Assembly (NCBI GenBank): GCA_963702005.1
Contig: OY969696.1
Span: 2,496,001-2,560,000 of the forward strand
From: Candidatus Aminicenantes bacterium
GTDB taxonomy: Bacteria; Acidobacteriota; Aminicenantia; Aminicenantales; JAFGBC01
DNA: 64,000 nucleotides
Direction of reading: 5' to 3'
Shown: piece after piece, positions 30,542-39,640 of the stretch
Layout of the letters: every line of letters begins with the position of its first letter
Position numbering within the stretch: the first letter of the stretch is position 1
Translations under genes and position numbers: made by a program
The notes under the pieces: model-generated
Databases searched by the model: none
Told to the model about the DNA's origin: nothing
Seen by the model: only the letters and a program-made list of their open reading frames with translations

Positions 30542-32482
30542 TTAAAACACCTTGATCGCGCAGCCGGTCTCGAAGGTCCGTCCCCGCCAAGGGAATCCGG
30601 GCTCGGTGTAATAATATTTATCCATGAGGTTCGTGACCTTGACGAAAATCTCGACGATGGAAAAAGCGTAGGAAGCGACGGCGTCGAAGGTCAAATAGGA
30701 CGGGATATTTAGGAGCTTCCGCGTCCCGGTGTTGTACCAATAGGATTTCGAGGCGTAGAGGCCGAAGACGGACACGTTCAAGGACTTGAGGGGCCGGACC
30801 CGGGCCTCGAAGTTCAGGTTGTGGTCGGACAGGACATCGAGGGGGCGATCATCGGATTCGTTCCTGTGGTCGAGGTAGGTGTAGTTCAAGGACAGCTGGA
30901 CGGCCGGCCAGGCTTTCTGGACTTGGATCTCGGCGCCGTTGATGTGGGCCTTGCCGATGTTCCGGTACTGCCTCGTGCCGTCGGGGAGGAGGGCCGTATC
31001 GATCATGTCCCTGAGCGTGTTCACGAATAAGGCCCCGCTCAGATAAATGGCCTTGTTGTAAGTCGCCCCAAGCTCCCAGGACCGCGCCCTCTCGCTGAGA
31101 AGGCCGGGGTTTCCCGAGGACGGCGAATAGAGGGCCCTCATGCTCGGGAACTTGGACTTGCCCGAGAAGGAGAGATGCGCCTCGAAATCGTCGCCGGGGG
31201 CGTACTTGATGCCGACCAGGGGGTTGAGCTTCGAGGAGGCCGAGCCCTTGAACTTGGAAAGCCGGTCCCAGCTGGCGCCGGCGATGATCTTCCAGTCTTT
31301 GATGAGGGTGACGTGGTCCTCGGCGGCCAGCGAGAGCGTCCCCTGGTCGAACTTGGTCCAGGAAAGTCCGATGTCGTCCTGGGTTCGGGCCTCGTCCTTT
31401 TGGTAGTAGAGGCTGAGCTTAAGGCTGTTCCAGTCGTTGATGAAAAGATCGCCCAGGCCGAATACCCCGTAGACGGAGTTGTTGAAAGTGCTTTCGGATT
31501 GGCGTACTAAAAATGCGGAATCCTTGTACCAGTCGAGGCTGTTCTGATAGTTGACGTAGAAGGCCCGGAAGCGCAGGGTCGAGTTATCGCCCAAGGCCGT
31601 ATAGCCTCCGGCGTTCAGGGACGTGCGGTCCCAATCCTTGAAGCGCCAATAGCGGGGTTTGCCGAAGAGGTCGGGAGGCATGCCGTAGGCCGATGTGTAG
31701 TAGCCGGCGTTGACCATGAACTCGGTCCGGGAGGAGGGAATGTAGTAGAGCTTGGCGTTGAGGTTCAGGCGTTCGTAGTCGCTGTTGGAGCGGTCCGTCC
31801 GTCCCAGTTTGGGATCTTTATAAACGAATCCGTCGGACCCCTGGTAGAGGGCCGTTCCTACGAAGCCGAGACTCTTCCACTGGGCGGAGGAGTCCAGTCC
31901 CAGGCTGCGCGTCGTCCGGTCGCCCAGGGAAGCGCTCAGGCTCAAGGAGGGCTCCTGAGCGGGACGGCGGGTTATAACGTTGACGATCCCGCCCATGGTG
32001 TTGGGGCCGTAGAGGACGGAGGAGGGACCCTTTGTAATCTGGAGGGATTCGATCTGACCGGCCGACACGGTCTTGAGGTCGAAGGAGCCGTAGTAGGGTT
32101 CCACGACGGGGACGCCGTCCACGAGAAGGGCGATCCGCTTGGAATCGATGCCCCTGATCTTGAGCGTGTACTCGTCTTTGTTCCCGACCGTGACGTTAAC
32201 GCCGGTCGCGAACTTGATGGCTTCGGCCAGGTCGCGCGGCTTGAGAGCCTCGATCGACGTTTTCGCGATCCCGGTCACCGTAGCCAGCTCGACGTCCTTG
32301 GGCGCCTTGCCCACGACGAGTATTTCCTCGGTGATCTTGGGCTGTTGTTTTTCCTTCTCTTCTTGGGATGATTGGCCGGATTGGTCCTGAGACGAGAGGA
32401 CCGGCGAGGGCGTGACCATGAGGAGAGAAACAACGCCGATAAGGACGAGAGCGGGGAAGAAACGGTTGCGGGTTTTCATCAT
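30542..32482 (-). CDS. TonB-dependent outer-membrane receptor (BtuB/CirA-like size)
   Basis: Signal peptide, TonB box EEILVVG, plug IRG...LLVDG...KGPSSVLYG..GGIVNVIT, C-terminal NLMDK.Y...GRTF...F. Confidence 0.93.
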   Translation of the reverse strand: MMKTRNRFFPALVLIGVVSLLMVTPSPVLSSQDQSGQSSQEEKEKQQPKITEEILVVGKAPKDVELATVTGIAKTSIEALKPRDLAEAIKFATGVNVTVGNKDEYTLKIRGIDSKRIALLVDGVPVVEPYYGSFDLKTVSAGQIESLQITKGPSSVLYGPNTMGGIVNVITRRPAQEPSLSLSASLGDRTTRSLGLDSSAQWKSLGFVGTALYQGSDGFVYKDPKLGRTDRSNSDYERLNLNAKLYYIPSSRTEFMVNAGYYTSAYGMPPDLFGKPRYWRFKDWDRTSLNAGGYTALGDNSTLRFRAFYVNYQNSLDWYKDSAFLVRQSESTFNNSVYGVFGLGDLFINDWNSLKLSLYYQKDEARTQDDIGLSWTKFDQGTLSLAAEDHVTLIKDWKIIAGASWDRLSKFKGSASSKLNPLVGIKYAPGDDFEAHLSFSGKSKFPSMRALYSPSSGNPGLLSERARSWELGATYNKAIYLSGALFVNTLRDMIDTALLPDGTRQYRNIGKAHINGAEIQVQKAWPAVQLSLNYTYLDHRNESDDRPLDVLSDHNLNFEARVRPLKSLNVSVFGLYASKSYWYNTGTRKLLNIPSYLTFDAVASYAFSIVEIFVKVTNLMDKYYYTEPGFPWRGRTFETGCAIKVF

Positions 32483-32483
32483 T

Positions 32484-32589
32484 CCTCCTTTTCAAATTCG
32501 GAAGGCCGGGCCGTTTCCAGCCGGACCCTATCGGCCTGAGGGCTTGTCACGTCGTTTTCGACGGGATTTAGCTCCGCAGGCTCGGAGAA
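32484..32589 (-). ncRNA. Moco/Tuco RNA motif (putative molybdenum/tungsten cofactor riboswitch)
   Basis: Minus strand TTCTCC-GA-GCCTG...CTAA...CAGGC-CGAT-AGGGTCCGGCT-GGAAAC-GGCCCGGCCT-TCCGAATTTGAAAA-GGAGGAA; P1 UUCUCC pairs over the RBS; matches recalled Moco hallmarks. Confidence 0.78.
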
Positions 32590-32697
32590 GCCAAGAGTCT
32601 AACACAGACCGTGACATCTTAGCAACTCCGGCGATGGCGATTTTTGACTTCTTTTATTAGCTGTGCTAATAACCACTCGAGAGGGCCGAGCGCGGCT

Positions 32698-33219
32698 ATG
32701 AAGATCGTCGGGATCAGCGGGCCATCGGGAAGCGGGAAGACGACACTCATCCGCCTCCTCATTCCGGAACTCCGCAAACGGAGGCTCAAGGTCGCCGTCG
32801 TCAAGCACTGCCCTCACGGCTTCGACCTCGAAAGGGAAGGGAAGGACTCTTGGCGCTTCGCTCAAGCCGGTGCCCAGGGCGTGGCCATGGTCTCCGGGGA
32901 CAGGCTGGCCGTGGCTTACAGGGGTCGCCAGAGACGCAATTGGAAGGCTCTGGCCGATCGCTTTTTCCCGGGGGTCGATATCGTCATTGTCGAGGGCGGA
33001 CGGAACATCAAGGACATCCGGACGATCGAGATCGTAACGGGCCCGGCGGCGTCCGGAGCGCGCAACCGCGATCCGCGGCGGGTGGCCATCATTGTGCCAT
33101 CCGGACGGGGCGTCTCGCGGATCCCGGCAGCCGACATCAAAGCGTTGGCCCGGTTTCTGGAGATAGAACTCCCGGACGAGGCGCCCGGCGCCAAGTCAGT
33201 TCCCCAACGGAGGTCCTAA
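32698..33219 (+). CDS. mobB: Molybdopterin-guanine dinucleotide biosynthesis protein B
   Basis: [35 protein letters not shown]. Confidence 0.9.
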   Translation: MKIVGISGPSGSGKTTLIRLLIPELRKRRLKVAVVKHCPHGFDLEREGKDSWRFAQAGAQGVAMVSGDRLAVAYRGRQRRNWKALADRFFPGVDIVIVEGGRNIKDIRTIEIVTGPAASGARNRDPRRVAIIVPSGRGVSRIPAADIKALARFLEIELPDEAPGAKSVPQRRS

Positions 33220-33335
33220 TATGTTCCAATACCTTCGTTGTCGAGGCCAATAAGAAGTTCCAGCTCAAGGTGGGGGAGGACACGGCCTACCCATGCCTGT
33301 ATAGATAAGTCCGTATTAGCGGCGAGAGGTCGATC

Positions 33336-34211
33336 ATGAAACGACGTGAATTCCTGGTGACCGGGGCGGCCGTTGCCCTCGGCGGCTTGGCGGGTACGGC
33401 AAAGCCCGTTTCGGGAGACGCAGCCAGGGCCAAACCGGCCGGCGCCCTTCCCACCGTGCGGCTGGGAACGCTCGAAGTGTCACGCCTGATCCTCGGGTCC
33501 AATCCGTTCTGGGGTTACTCCCATAAGTCCGCCCAGCTTGACGAGGAAATGAAGCGGCACCACACCGACGAGCGGATCATTCAGATTCTCGAGGAGGCGG
33601 CCGACTGCGGGCTGACGGCCGTGGCCAGCCCGCCCGAAGATCGCTGGAGAAAGCTTTGGACGCGCTACGCGGAAAGCGGCGGCCGGCTCAAGATCTGGAT
33701 CTCGCAGTGCCATGGGAAACCCGAGCAGATGCTCGAGGAGATCGATCGCTCCGTCACGGCTGGCGCCAAGGCGATCTTCATCCAGGGCGCTCGGGTCGAG
33801 GAGCAGTTCGGACGGGGCAATTTCGATAGGCTCCGGACCTGGATCGAGCATATCAAAGAGGCCGGCCTTCCGGCGGGCGCCGCGGCGCATTGGCCCGAGA
33901 TCCATCCCGAGCTCGAGCGGCGCAAATTCCCCACGGATTTCTATTACCAGTGCATGTATAACGTCTCTAAAACCGACGACTACAGTCCGGCCGAGCGGGA
34001 GAAAGCCGTTGCGACCATCACGCGGCTGGACAAGCCGGTCATTGCCTACAAAATCCTGGGGGCTGGTCGCCTCTCAGCCGGCGAAGGATTTGAATTCGCG
34101 TTCAATCATATCCAACGCAAAGACGGCGTCTGTGTCGGCATCTATGCTCAAAACGCGATCGACCAGATCCGCCAAAACGCCACCTACACCGAGATGCTTA
34201 CGACACGATAG
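33336..34211 (+). CDS. Tat-exported protein, divergent aldo/keto-reductase-like fold
   Basis: MKRREFL Tat signal; LPTVRLGTLEVSRLILGSN; KPVIAYKILGAGR. Confidence 0.65.
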   Translation: MKRREFLVTGAAVALGGLAGTAKPVSGDAARAKPAGALPTVRLGTLEVSRLILGSNPFWGYSHKSAQLDEEMKRHHTDERIIQILEEAADCGLTAVASPPEDRWRKLWTRYAESGGRLKIWISQCHGKPEQMLEEIDRSVTAGAKAIFIQGARVEEQFGRGNFDRLRTWIEHIKEAGLPAGAAAHWPEIHPELERRKFPTDFYYQCMYNVSKTDDYSPAEREKAVATITRLDKPVIAYKILGAGRLSAGEGFEFAFNHIQRKDGVCVGIYAQNAIDQIRQNATYTEMLTTR

Positions 34212-34350
34212 GACTCATGATCCTCATTGACCGACGAGTTCGACGCGGCGATTCTTAGGCCGCTCCTCCTCGGTCTTGTTGGACGCCACTGCGGGCGAGC
34301 GGCCCGATGCCGTAAGGCTTAGGCCGGGGCCGAGCCAAGGCGCAGGCGCG

Positions 34351-35934
34351 CTAAAGATCGCGGCGGGTCCACTCGCCGTCGATGAGACGCCACATGCGTC
34401 CGTTCGGATTCCGGTCCTGAAGTTCGGGGGGGAGCCTATGGGGCCGGACTCCGTCGTAGCAACGGAGAGCGGCGAAGCGGAGCAGGGAGGCTGGGATTCC
34501 GACCGCCGTGAATCCCGGATGTCCGGTCGCTGGATAGGGCCCGCCGTGGTTCATGGCCGGGCTGACGGCGACTCCGGTCGGCATCCGGTCGTTGAGAAGG
34601 CGCCCAACTTTTTGCTTGAGCAGCGGCTCGACCTCGCGGTAGGCCGTCTCGTCCTCGTCCCCGCTTCCGCTGTAGACGGTTCCCGTCAGGCTGCCCTCCA
34701 GAACAGATACGACGGCGTGGAGCTCCTCGAGGTTTTCGGCGATCACGAGGAGAGACACCGAGCCGAAGGCCTCGGTCTGTAAATCCCTGGGCGACCTCAA
34801 AAAGGCTCTTCCCGAAACGCGGAGGAGCGTCGGGGCAAACAAGAATCCGGGGTCTTCCGGCGGCTTGCCCCGGGCGATGATCTCGGCCCCGTGCCGGCCC
34901 AGATTTTCCAGGGAGCGGACGACGCTTTCGAGCGTCTTCCGGCCGACGAGAACGCCGGGACTCGCTGCTCGGAAAAGAGAAACCGCGCTCTCGATGAACT
35001 CGTCCGCGCCCGGCCCCTTGACGAGAATGACCATGCCCGGCTTGGTGCAGAATTGGCCGGCGCCCAGCGTGCAAGATTCGAAAAGTTCCTTGGAGATCGC
35101 CTCAGGCTTCTCTTCGAGCGCGGCGCGAAGGATGATGACGGGATTGACGCTCGACATTTCGACACTGATGGGTTTGCCGGCCCGGTCGGCAGCATCCTTG
35201 AGACGGAGACCGGCCGGCCGGCTTCCGGTGAAGGCCGAGGCGGCGACAAGGGGATGGGCGACGAGCCGGAGCCCGGCATCGTCATCGATATGATAGACCA
35301 TCTGGACGGCCGCGGCGGGAAGGCCGCTCCGGGCCGAGGCCTCGGATGCGGCTTCGGCCAGCACGCGGCTCGTCCCCGGATGCAGGGGATGGGCCTTGGC
35401 CAAGACGGGATTTCCAGCGGCCAGGGCGGCCGCAAAATCGCCGCCCGAGACGGCGTTGAACGCGAACGGAAAATTGTTGGGCCCGAAGATGAGGACCGGC
35501 CCGCCGAGCGGCTCGAACATGGAGCGGATCCCGGCCCGGGTGTCGATCATCGCCCGGCACCAGGACCGATCGCGCACGGCTTCGGCCGCCATCCGGAGCT
35601 GGCCCGTCGTCCTAGGAAGCTCGACGGTTCGGAGGCGAGGCTCCGCGGGCAGCCCGGTTTCCCGATGCGCGATCTCGACGAGGTCCGGAGCGCGCCGCTC
35701 GATCAGTTCGGCGTAGATTTCGAAAAAATCAGCCCTGACCTCGGGCGGCAGATCGCTGAGCTCCACGGCGGCACGCGCTCCGGCCCGAACGGCCAACTCG
35801 ACTTCTTCAAAGGAGGAGACCGGGAACTCCGCGCCGAAAGGTTGGCCTGTCAGGGGAGAGACGGGCCGAAAGGTTCCGGCTGGGGCGTGGGGCGGCCTGA
35901 TACGGCCCTCGATCAAGACCGGCTCAAGGGGCAT
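34351..35934 (-). CDS. Aldehyde dehydrogenase (NADP+), alpha-ketoglutaric-semialdehyde-dehydrogenase-like
   Basis: ELPRTTGQL, FGPNNFPFAF, KAHPLHP, FTGS, EMSSVNP, GQFCTKPG, PTGVAV..AM.HGGPYPAT. Confidence 0.9.
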   Translation of the reverse strand: MPLEPVLIEGRIRPPHAPAGTFRPVSPLTGQPFGAEFPVSSFEEVELAVRAGARAAVELSDLPPEVRADFFEIYAELIERRAPDLVEIAHRETGLPAEPRLRTVELPRTTGQLRMAAEAVRDRSWCRAMIDTRAGIRSMFEPLGGPVLIFGPNNFPFAFNAVSGGDFAAALAAGNPVLAKAHPLHPGTSRVLAEAASEASARSGLPAAAVQMVYHIDDDAGLRLVAHPLVAASAFTGSRPAGLRLKDAADRAGKPISVEMSSVNPVIILRAALEEKPEAISKELFESCTLGAGQFCTKPGMVILVKGPGADEFIESAVSLFRAASPGVLVGRKTLESVVRSLENLGRHGAEIIARGKPPEDPGFLFAPTLLRVSGRAFLRSPRDLQTEAFGSVSLLVIAENLEELHAVVSVLEGSLTGTVYSGSGDEDETAYREVEPLLKQKVGRLLNDRMPTGVAVSPAMNHGGPYPATGHPGFTAVGIPASLLRFAALRCYDGVRPHRLPPELQDRNPNGRMWRLIDGEWTRRDL

Positions 35935-35942
35935 GGGGTGGA

Positions 35943-36170
35943 TCAGCCTCCGGAGTATATGGGGGCGATGACGACCCGGTCGCCTTCGCGGAGAACGTCC
36001 TGGGGGCGGAGGGTTTCGCCGTTCCGGGTCATGATCATGGGCTTGGGATTATTGAGGTTGATAAGGGCGACGACGGCTTCGGCCGTCGCCCCTTCGGCGA
36101 GTTCGACTTCTTTTTCGCTGAAGCCGGCCGAAACTATGAAGGGGCCGATGATCTTGACGGTGATCCTCAT
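35943..36170 (-). CDS. MoaD/ThiS family sulfur carrier
   Basis: Beta-grasp size, RNG, LREGD, C-terminal SGG; directly downstream of AOR. Confidence 0.88.
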   Translation of the reverse strand: MRITVKIIGPFIVSAGFSEKEVELAEGATAEAVVALINLNNPKPMIMTRNGETLRPQDVLREGDRVVIAPIYSGG

Positions 36171-36200
36171 GGGCACGACTCCAGGGCGCTCCTTTCCAGT

Positions 36201-38039
36201 TTAGGTGAGCTTGGCGATTTTTTCTACGACCTCGGCCTCGTCGGCCAGACCCAATGCGACGGCCGTCGCCTTGGTCGGGATGCCCCGCTTGTCATAGCCG
36301 CGTATGTCGTAATAGTGCTGGAGGAGGCCGTCGTACTTGTCGTATTCGAGGCATTTTCCGGCGATTGGGCCCTCGCTGTCGACGTTGGAGGGGTCGAACC
36401 AAACCGCGGGCGGATAGTCCAGCTTGCGCTCGGTCCGCGGATATTCCCGGAGCCAGAAGAGCTTCATCATGGCATAGATCCGGTCGGAGACCCTCCAGAA
36501 ATCGTCGAGCGTCCAGTCCAGGCCGCTGACCAGGTTGAAGTACTTGGGATAATTCTCCAGGCTCCAGCCGAGCTCGATCCAGGGGAAGCGGCAGGAGACG
36601 ATGGACTCGAACAGCCCGCCCCGGATCCTCTGAAGGTCGATGACCTTCTGGGCTTTCTCGGGGCCGTAGGAATCGCGCGACGTTTGCTTGAGCTCGAAGG
36701 TGATAACCCAGGATTCTTTGTGATGGGCGCCGATCGGGGAGACGCCGAAGGCCAGGGCCATGCCGGGGATGAACTTGCAGTTGTAGGCGGCGACCTCGAG
36801 TCCCTTGACCTGCATGGCGTAGGCCTCGGAATTCTTGCCGATCGTCCGCGCCGCCCGCAGCGAGCCTTCGGCCAGGAGGTTTCCGATTTCACCCTCGCGG
36901 CGGGCGATCTTTCCCAGAAGCTCCTTGGCCTTGGCGGCGTCGCCGAACTTGAAATCGCCGGCGACGGCGCCCTGATCGATGGCGTCGGCGTAGAAGCTCA
37001 GGACGCAGCCGCCCGACATGGTGTCGATCCCGTAGTCGTCGCAAAGATAGTTGAGCGAGGCGACTTGGGCCAGGTCGAAGATTTCCAGGTTCGGCCCGAG
37101 CAGGGCGACGTTTTCGTAATCGAGCTCGGACTCGCGCCCCTCGGCGTCGTGGATGGCGATGCCGCAGCGCATCGTGCAGTTCGGGCAGCCGTAGGTGGCG
37201 ACCCGGGCGTTGTTGAGTCGCTCGCCGTCTACTTTCCAGGCGTCGGCGTGAAAGGTCTTCCGGAAATTGCGGACGGGGAGGGCGGCCACCTCGTTGCACC
37301 AGGCCAGGACGCCGTTCGTGCTCTGGATCGACCAGCCGGTCTCCTTGTCGATCTGGTGGACTTTTTTGAGGTCGTCCGAGCCGATCTTCTTCATGGCCTC
37401 CGGGTCGGCCTGGGGAATCGGTTTCGTCCCCTTGACGACGATAGCCTTGAGGCGCTTCGAGCCCATGACGGCGCCCATGCCCGTCCGGCCGCCCGACCGG
37501 CCCTCGAGGCTGCGGACGACGGCCCAGCGGACCATCCTTTCGCCGCCCTGGCCGATGTTGAGGACGCCGATGCCTTTCCCATATTTCGCGTAAATCCAGT
37601 CGTTGGTTTCGTAGGTTCCTTTGCCCCAGACGGCGTCGGCGGGAAGGAACTCGACCTTGTCGTCTTCGATGGCCAGCAGGGTCGGGCGTTCCGCCCGGCC
37701 TTCGACGATCAAGGCGTCATAACCGGCCTTGCGGAGATGCTCGGCGACCCGGGTCCCCAGGTTTCCGTCGCCGTAGCCGCCCGTGCTGGGCGACTTGCCT
37801 GCGACGACGGCCTTGCCCGTATTGGGTGCGGGGATGCCGGCGATCGGGCCGAGGGCGACGATGAACTTATTGTCCGGGCCGAGGGGGTCGACGCCGGGCG
37901 CGAGCTCGTCGAAGAGGATCTTGGCGGCGAAGCCGCGGCCGCCGATCCATTTGCGGGCAAAATCCTCGTCGAAATGATCGACCTTGGAAGTTTTATGGGT
38001 CAGGTTGACCCTCAGGATGCGTCCCGTCCAGCCGTTCAT
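36201..38039 (-). CDS. aor: Aldehyde:ferredoxin oxidoreductase (tungsten-pterin AOR family)
   Basis: GRILRVNL, GGRG, KSPSTGG, GRTGMGAVMGSK, CxxCxxxC (CPNCTMRC), CDDYGID, GIPT; true start MNGWTG at 38039 with GAGGT RBS. Confidence 0.94.
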   Translation of the reverse strand: MNGWTGRILRVNLTHKTSKVDHFDEDFARKWIGGRGFAAKILFDELAPGVDPLGPDNKFIVALGPIAGIPAPNTGKAVVAGKSPSTGGYGDGNLGTRVAEHLRKAGYDALIVEGRAERPTLLAIEDDKVEFLPADAVWGKGTYETNDWIYAKYGKGIGVLNIGQGGERMVRWAVVRSLEGRSGGRTGMGAVMGSKRLKAIVVKGTKPIPQADPEAMKKIGSDDLKKVHQIDKETGWSIQSTNGVLAWCNEVAALPVRNFRKTFHADAWKVDGERLNNARVATYGCPNCTMRCGIAIHDAEGRESELDYENVALLGPNLEIFDLAQVASLNYLCDDYGIDTMSGGCVLSFYADAIDQGAVAGDFKFGDAAKAKELLGKIARREGEIGNLLAEGSLRAARTIGKNSEAYAMQVKGLEVAAYNCKFIPGMALAFGVSPIGAHHKESWVITFELKQTSRDSYGPEKAQKVIDLQRIRGGLFESIVSCRFPWIELGWSLENYPKYFNLVSGLDWTLDDFWRVSDRIYAMMKLFWLREYPRTERKLDYPPAVWFDPSNVDSEGPIAGKCLEYDKYDGLLQHYYDIRGYDKRGIPTKATAVALGLADEAEVVEKIAKLT

Positions 38040-38114
38040 TGTGTGTACCTCGATTGGTAGGATGGTCGATCGTTCGAACCGTTCTTCTATTCGATAGCAC
38101 AGGACCATAGCCAA

Positions 38115-38181
38115 GTCAACCCCTCGACACTCATAGAAGCCATGAGTACTGCAAGGCTGGGTAGCGTAGGCGAACGGGTCA
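38115..38181 (-). mobile_element. Miniature TGAC-bounded element, short form, copy B (intergenic, aor/pspC)
   Basis: Minus strand TGAC-CCGTTCGCCTACGCTACCCAGCCTTGCAGTACTCATGGCTTCTATGAGTGTCGAGGGGT-TGAC; TTGAC at both ends; internal hairpin ACTCAT-7 nt-ATGAGT. Confidence 0.8.
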
Positions 38182-38271
38182 AGCTTGGTGGGCTTCACGC
38201 CCCCCATGAACATTCCGGGCCGAGATGCGTATAAAGAATGGGGACTACGACCGATCCCCAGGAGGTGCGTT

Positions 38272-38472
38272 ATGGCCAAGAGATTGTATCGCTCGACGAC
38301 CCATAAAATGCTGGGCGGCATCTGCGCCGGGCTGGCCAACTATTTCGACCTCGATATCTCCCTGATGCGGCTGATTTTCGTCGCGGTTGCCCTGGTCACG
38401 GCCCTGTTCCCGATGCTGCTCTTTTACATCATCGCCTGGATCGTCATTCCTTCCCAGCCCCAGGAGAACTGA
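38272..38472 (+). CDS. PspC domain protein
   Basis: KRLYRS...MLGGICAGLANYF...YIIAWIVIP; AGGAGG RBS. Confidence 0.92.
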   Translation: MAKRLYRSTTHKMLGGICAGLANYFDLDISLMRLIFVAVALVTALFPMLLFYIIAWIVIPSQPQEN

Positions 38473-38588
38473 CGAACCGCGATTATTATAGGGTATTTCA
38501 GATCCATTCTGTCGGCAGAGAAGGGGCTCACTCAATTGACTGAACCGTTCGTTCATAGTAGCATGGTGTCTGAAAGGAAGAGGGACCC

Positions 38589-39575
38589 ATGGCCAAAGAT
38601 CTCATCCTGATCACCGGCGCCGGCGGGTTCATCGGCGGGCACATGATTGCCGATTTGAGGCGGAAGGGGCACCGGGACCTCCGGGCCGTCGATATCAAGC
38701 CCTTGGACGAGTGGCAGCAGCGTTTCGATGACGTCGACAACCTCGTCCTCGACCTCAAGCTCAAAGCCTCCTGCGAGAAGGCCGTCAAGGGGGCCGCCGT
38801 AGTCTACAACTTCGCCGCGGACATGGGCGGGATGGGTTTCATCGAGAACAATAAAGCCCTGTGCATGCTCTCGGTCCTCATCAATACCCATATGCTCCAG
38901 GCCTCGCTGCGGGCCAAGGTCGGCCGCTACTTCTATTCCTCGTCGGCTTGCGTCTACAATGCCGACAAACAGAGGAATACGGACGTTATCCCCCTCAAGG
39001 AAGAAGATGCCTACCCCGCCATGCCCGAGGACGGCTACGGCTGGGAAAAGCTTTTTTCGGAGCGGATGTGCCGCCATTTCAGGGAAGATTTCGGCCTGGC
39101 GACGCGGATGGCCCGTTTCCACAATGTCTATGGGCCCTACGGGACCTGGGACGGAGGCCGGGAGAAGGCTCCGGCCGCGATCTGCCGGAAGGTCATCGAA
39201 GCCAAGGTCCAGGGCCGGGACACGATCGAGATCTGGGGGGACGGCCATCAGACCCGGAGCTTCATGTACATCGACGACTGCCTCAAGGGCGTCGGCATGA
39301 TCATGGCCAGCGATATCCTGGAGGCCATCAACCTCGGCTCGAACGAGCTGGTGACCATCAATCAACTCGTCGATATCGTCGAGGAGATCGCCGGGATCAA
39401 GCTCAAGCGGCGCTATGACCTCTCGGCCCCCAAGGGCGTCAACGGCCGAAACAGCGACAATACCCGCATCCAGGAGCTTCTGGGCTGGGAGCCGGGCATC
39501 CGGCTCCGGGACGGCATGGCCAAGACCTACGCCTGGATCTACGACCAGTACCAAGCCCGCCTCAAGAATCGCTGA
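38589..39575 (+). CDS. NAD-dependent epimerase, GDP-mannose 3,5-epimerase-like
   Basis: GAGGFIG, AADMGGMGFI, SSACVY, YGWEK, GGREKAPAAICRK. Confidence 0.88.
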   Translation: MAKDLILITGAGGFIGGHMIADLRRKGHRDLRAVDIKPLDEWQQRFDDVDNLVLDLKLKASCEKAVKGAAVVYNFAADMGGMGFIENNKALCMLSVLINTHMLQASLRAKVGRYFYSSSACVYNADKQRNTDVIPLKEEDAYPAMPEDGYGWEKLFSERMCRHFREDFGLATRMARFHNVYGPYGTWDGGREKAPAAICRKVIEAKVQGRDTIEIWGDGHQTRSFMYIDDCLKGVGMIMASDILEAINLGSNELVTINQLVDIVEEIAGIKLKRRYDLSAPKGVNGRNSDNTRIQELLGWEPGIRLRDGMAKTYAWIYDQYQARLKNR

Positions 39576-39597
39576 GACAGTCCTTCATCCCTTCCGG

Positions 39598-39626
39598 TTG
39601 ACTTATCCGGGCTAATTTTGTATGGT
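39598..39626 (+). promoter_or_regulatory. sigma70-like promoter for the dnk-panBCD operon
   Basis: TTGACT-17 bp-TATGGT with a TG just upstream. Confidence 0.55.
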
Positions 39627-39640
39627 TGAGGCAAAATTCG

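Noticed and set aside
30542-32482. TBDR as a SusC-like glycan importer for the GH9/GH5 cluster, or preceded by a cobalamin riboswitch
   Set aside because: Too short for SusC and no SusD partner. The leader lacks a recognisable B12 box and fits the Moco motif better. Co-transcription with GH9 is not excluded.
38040-38339. 100-aa N-terminal extension of AOR in the ORF track
   Set aside because: It overlaps the divergent pspC and mini-element B. The family N-terminus and an RBS support the start at 38039.
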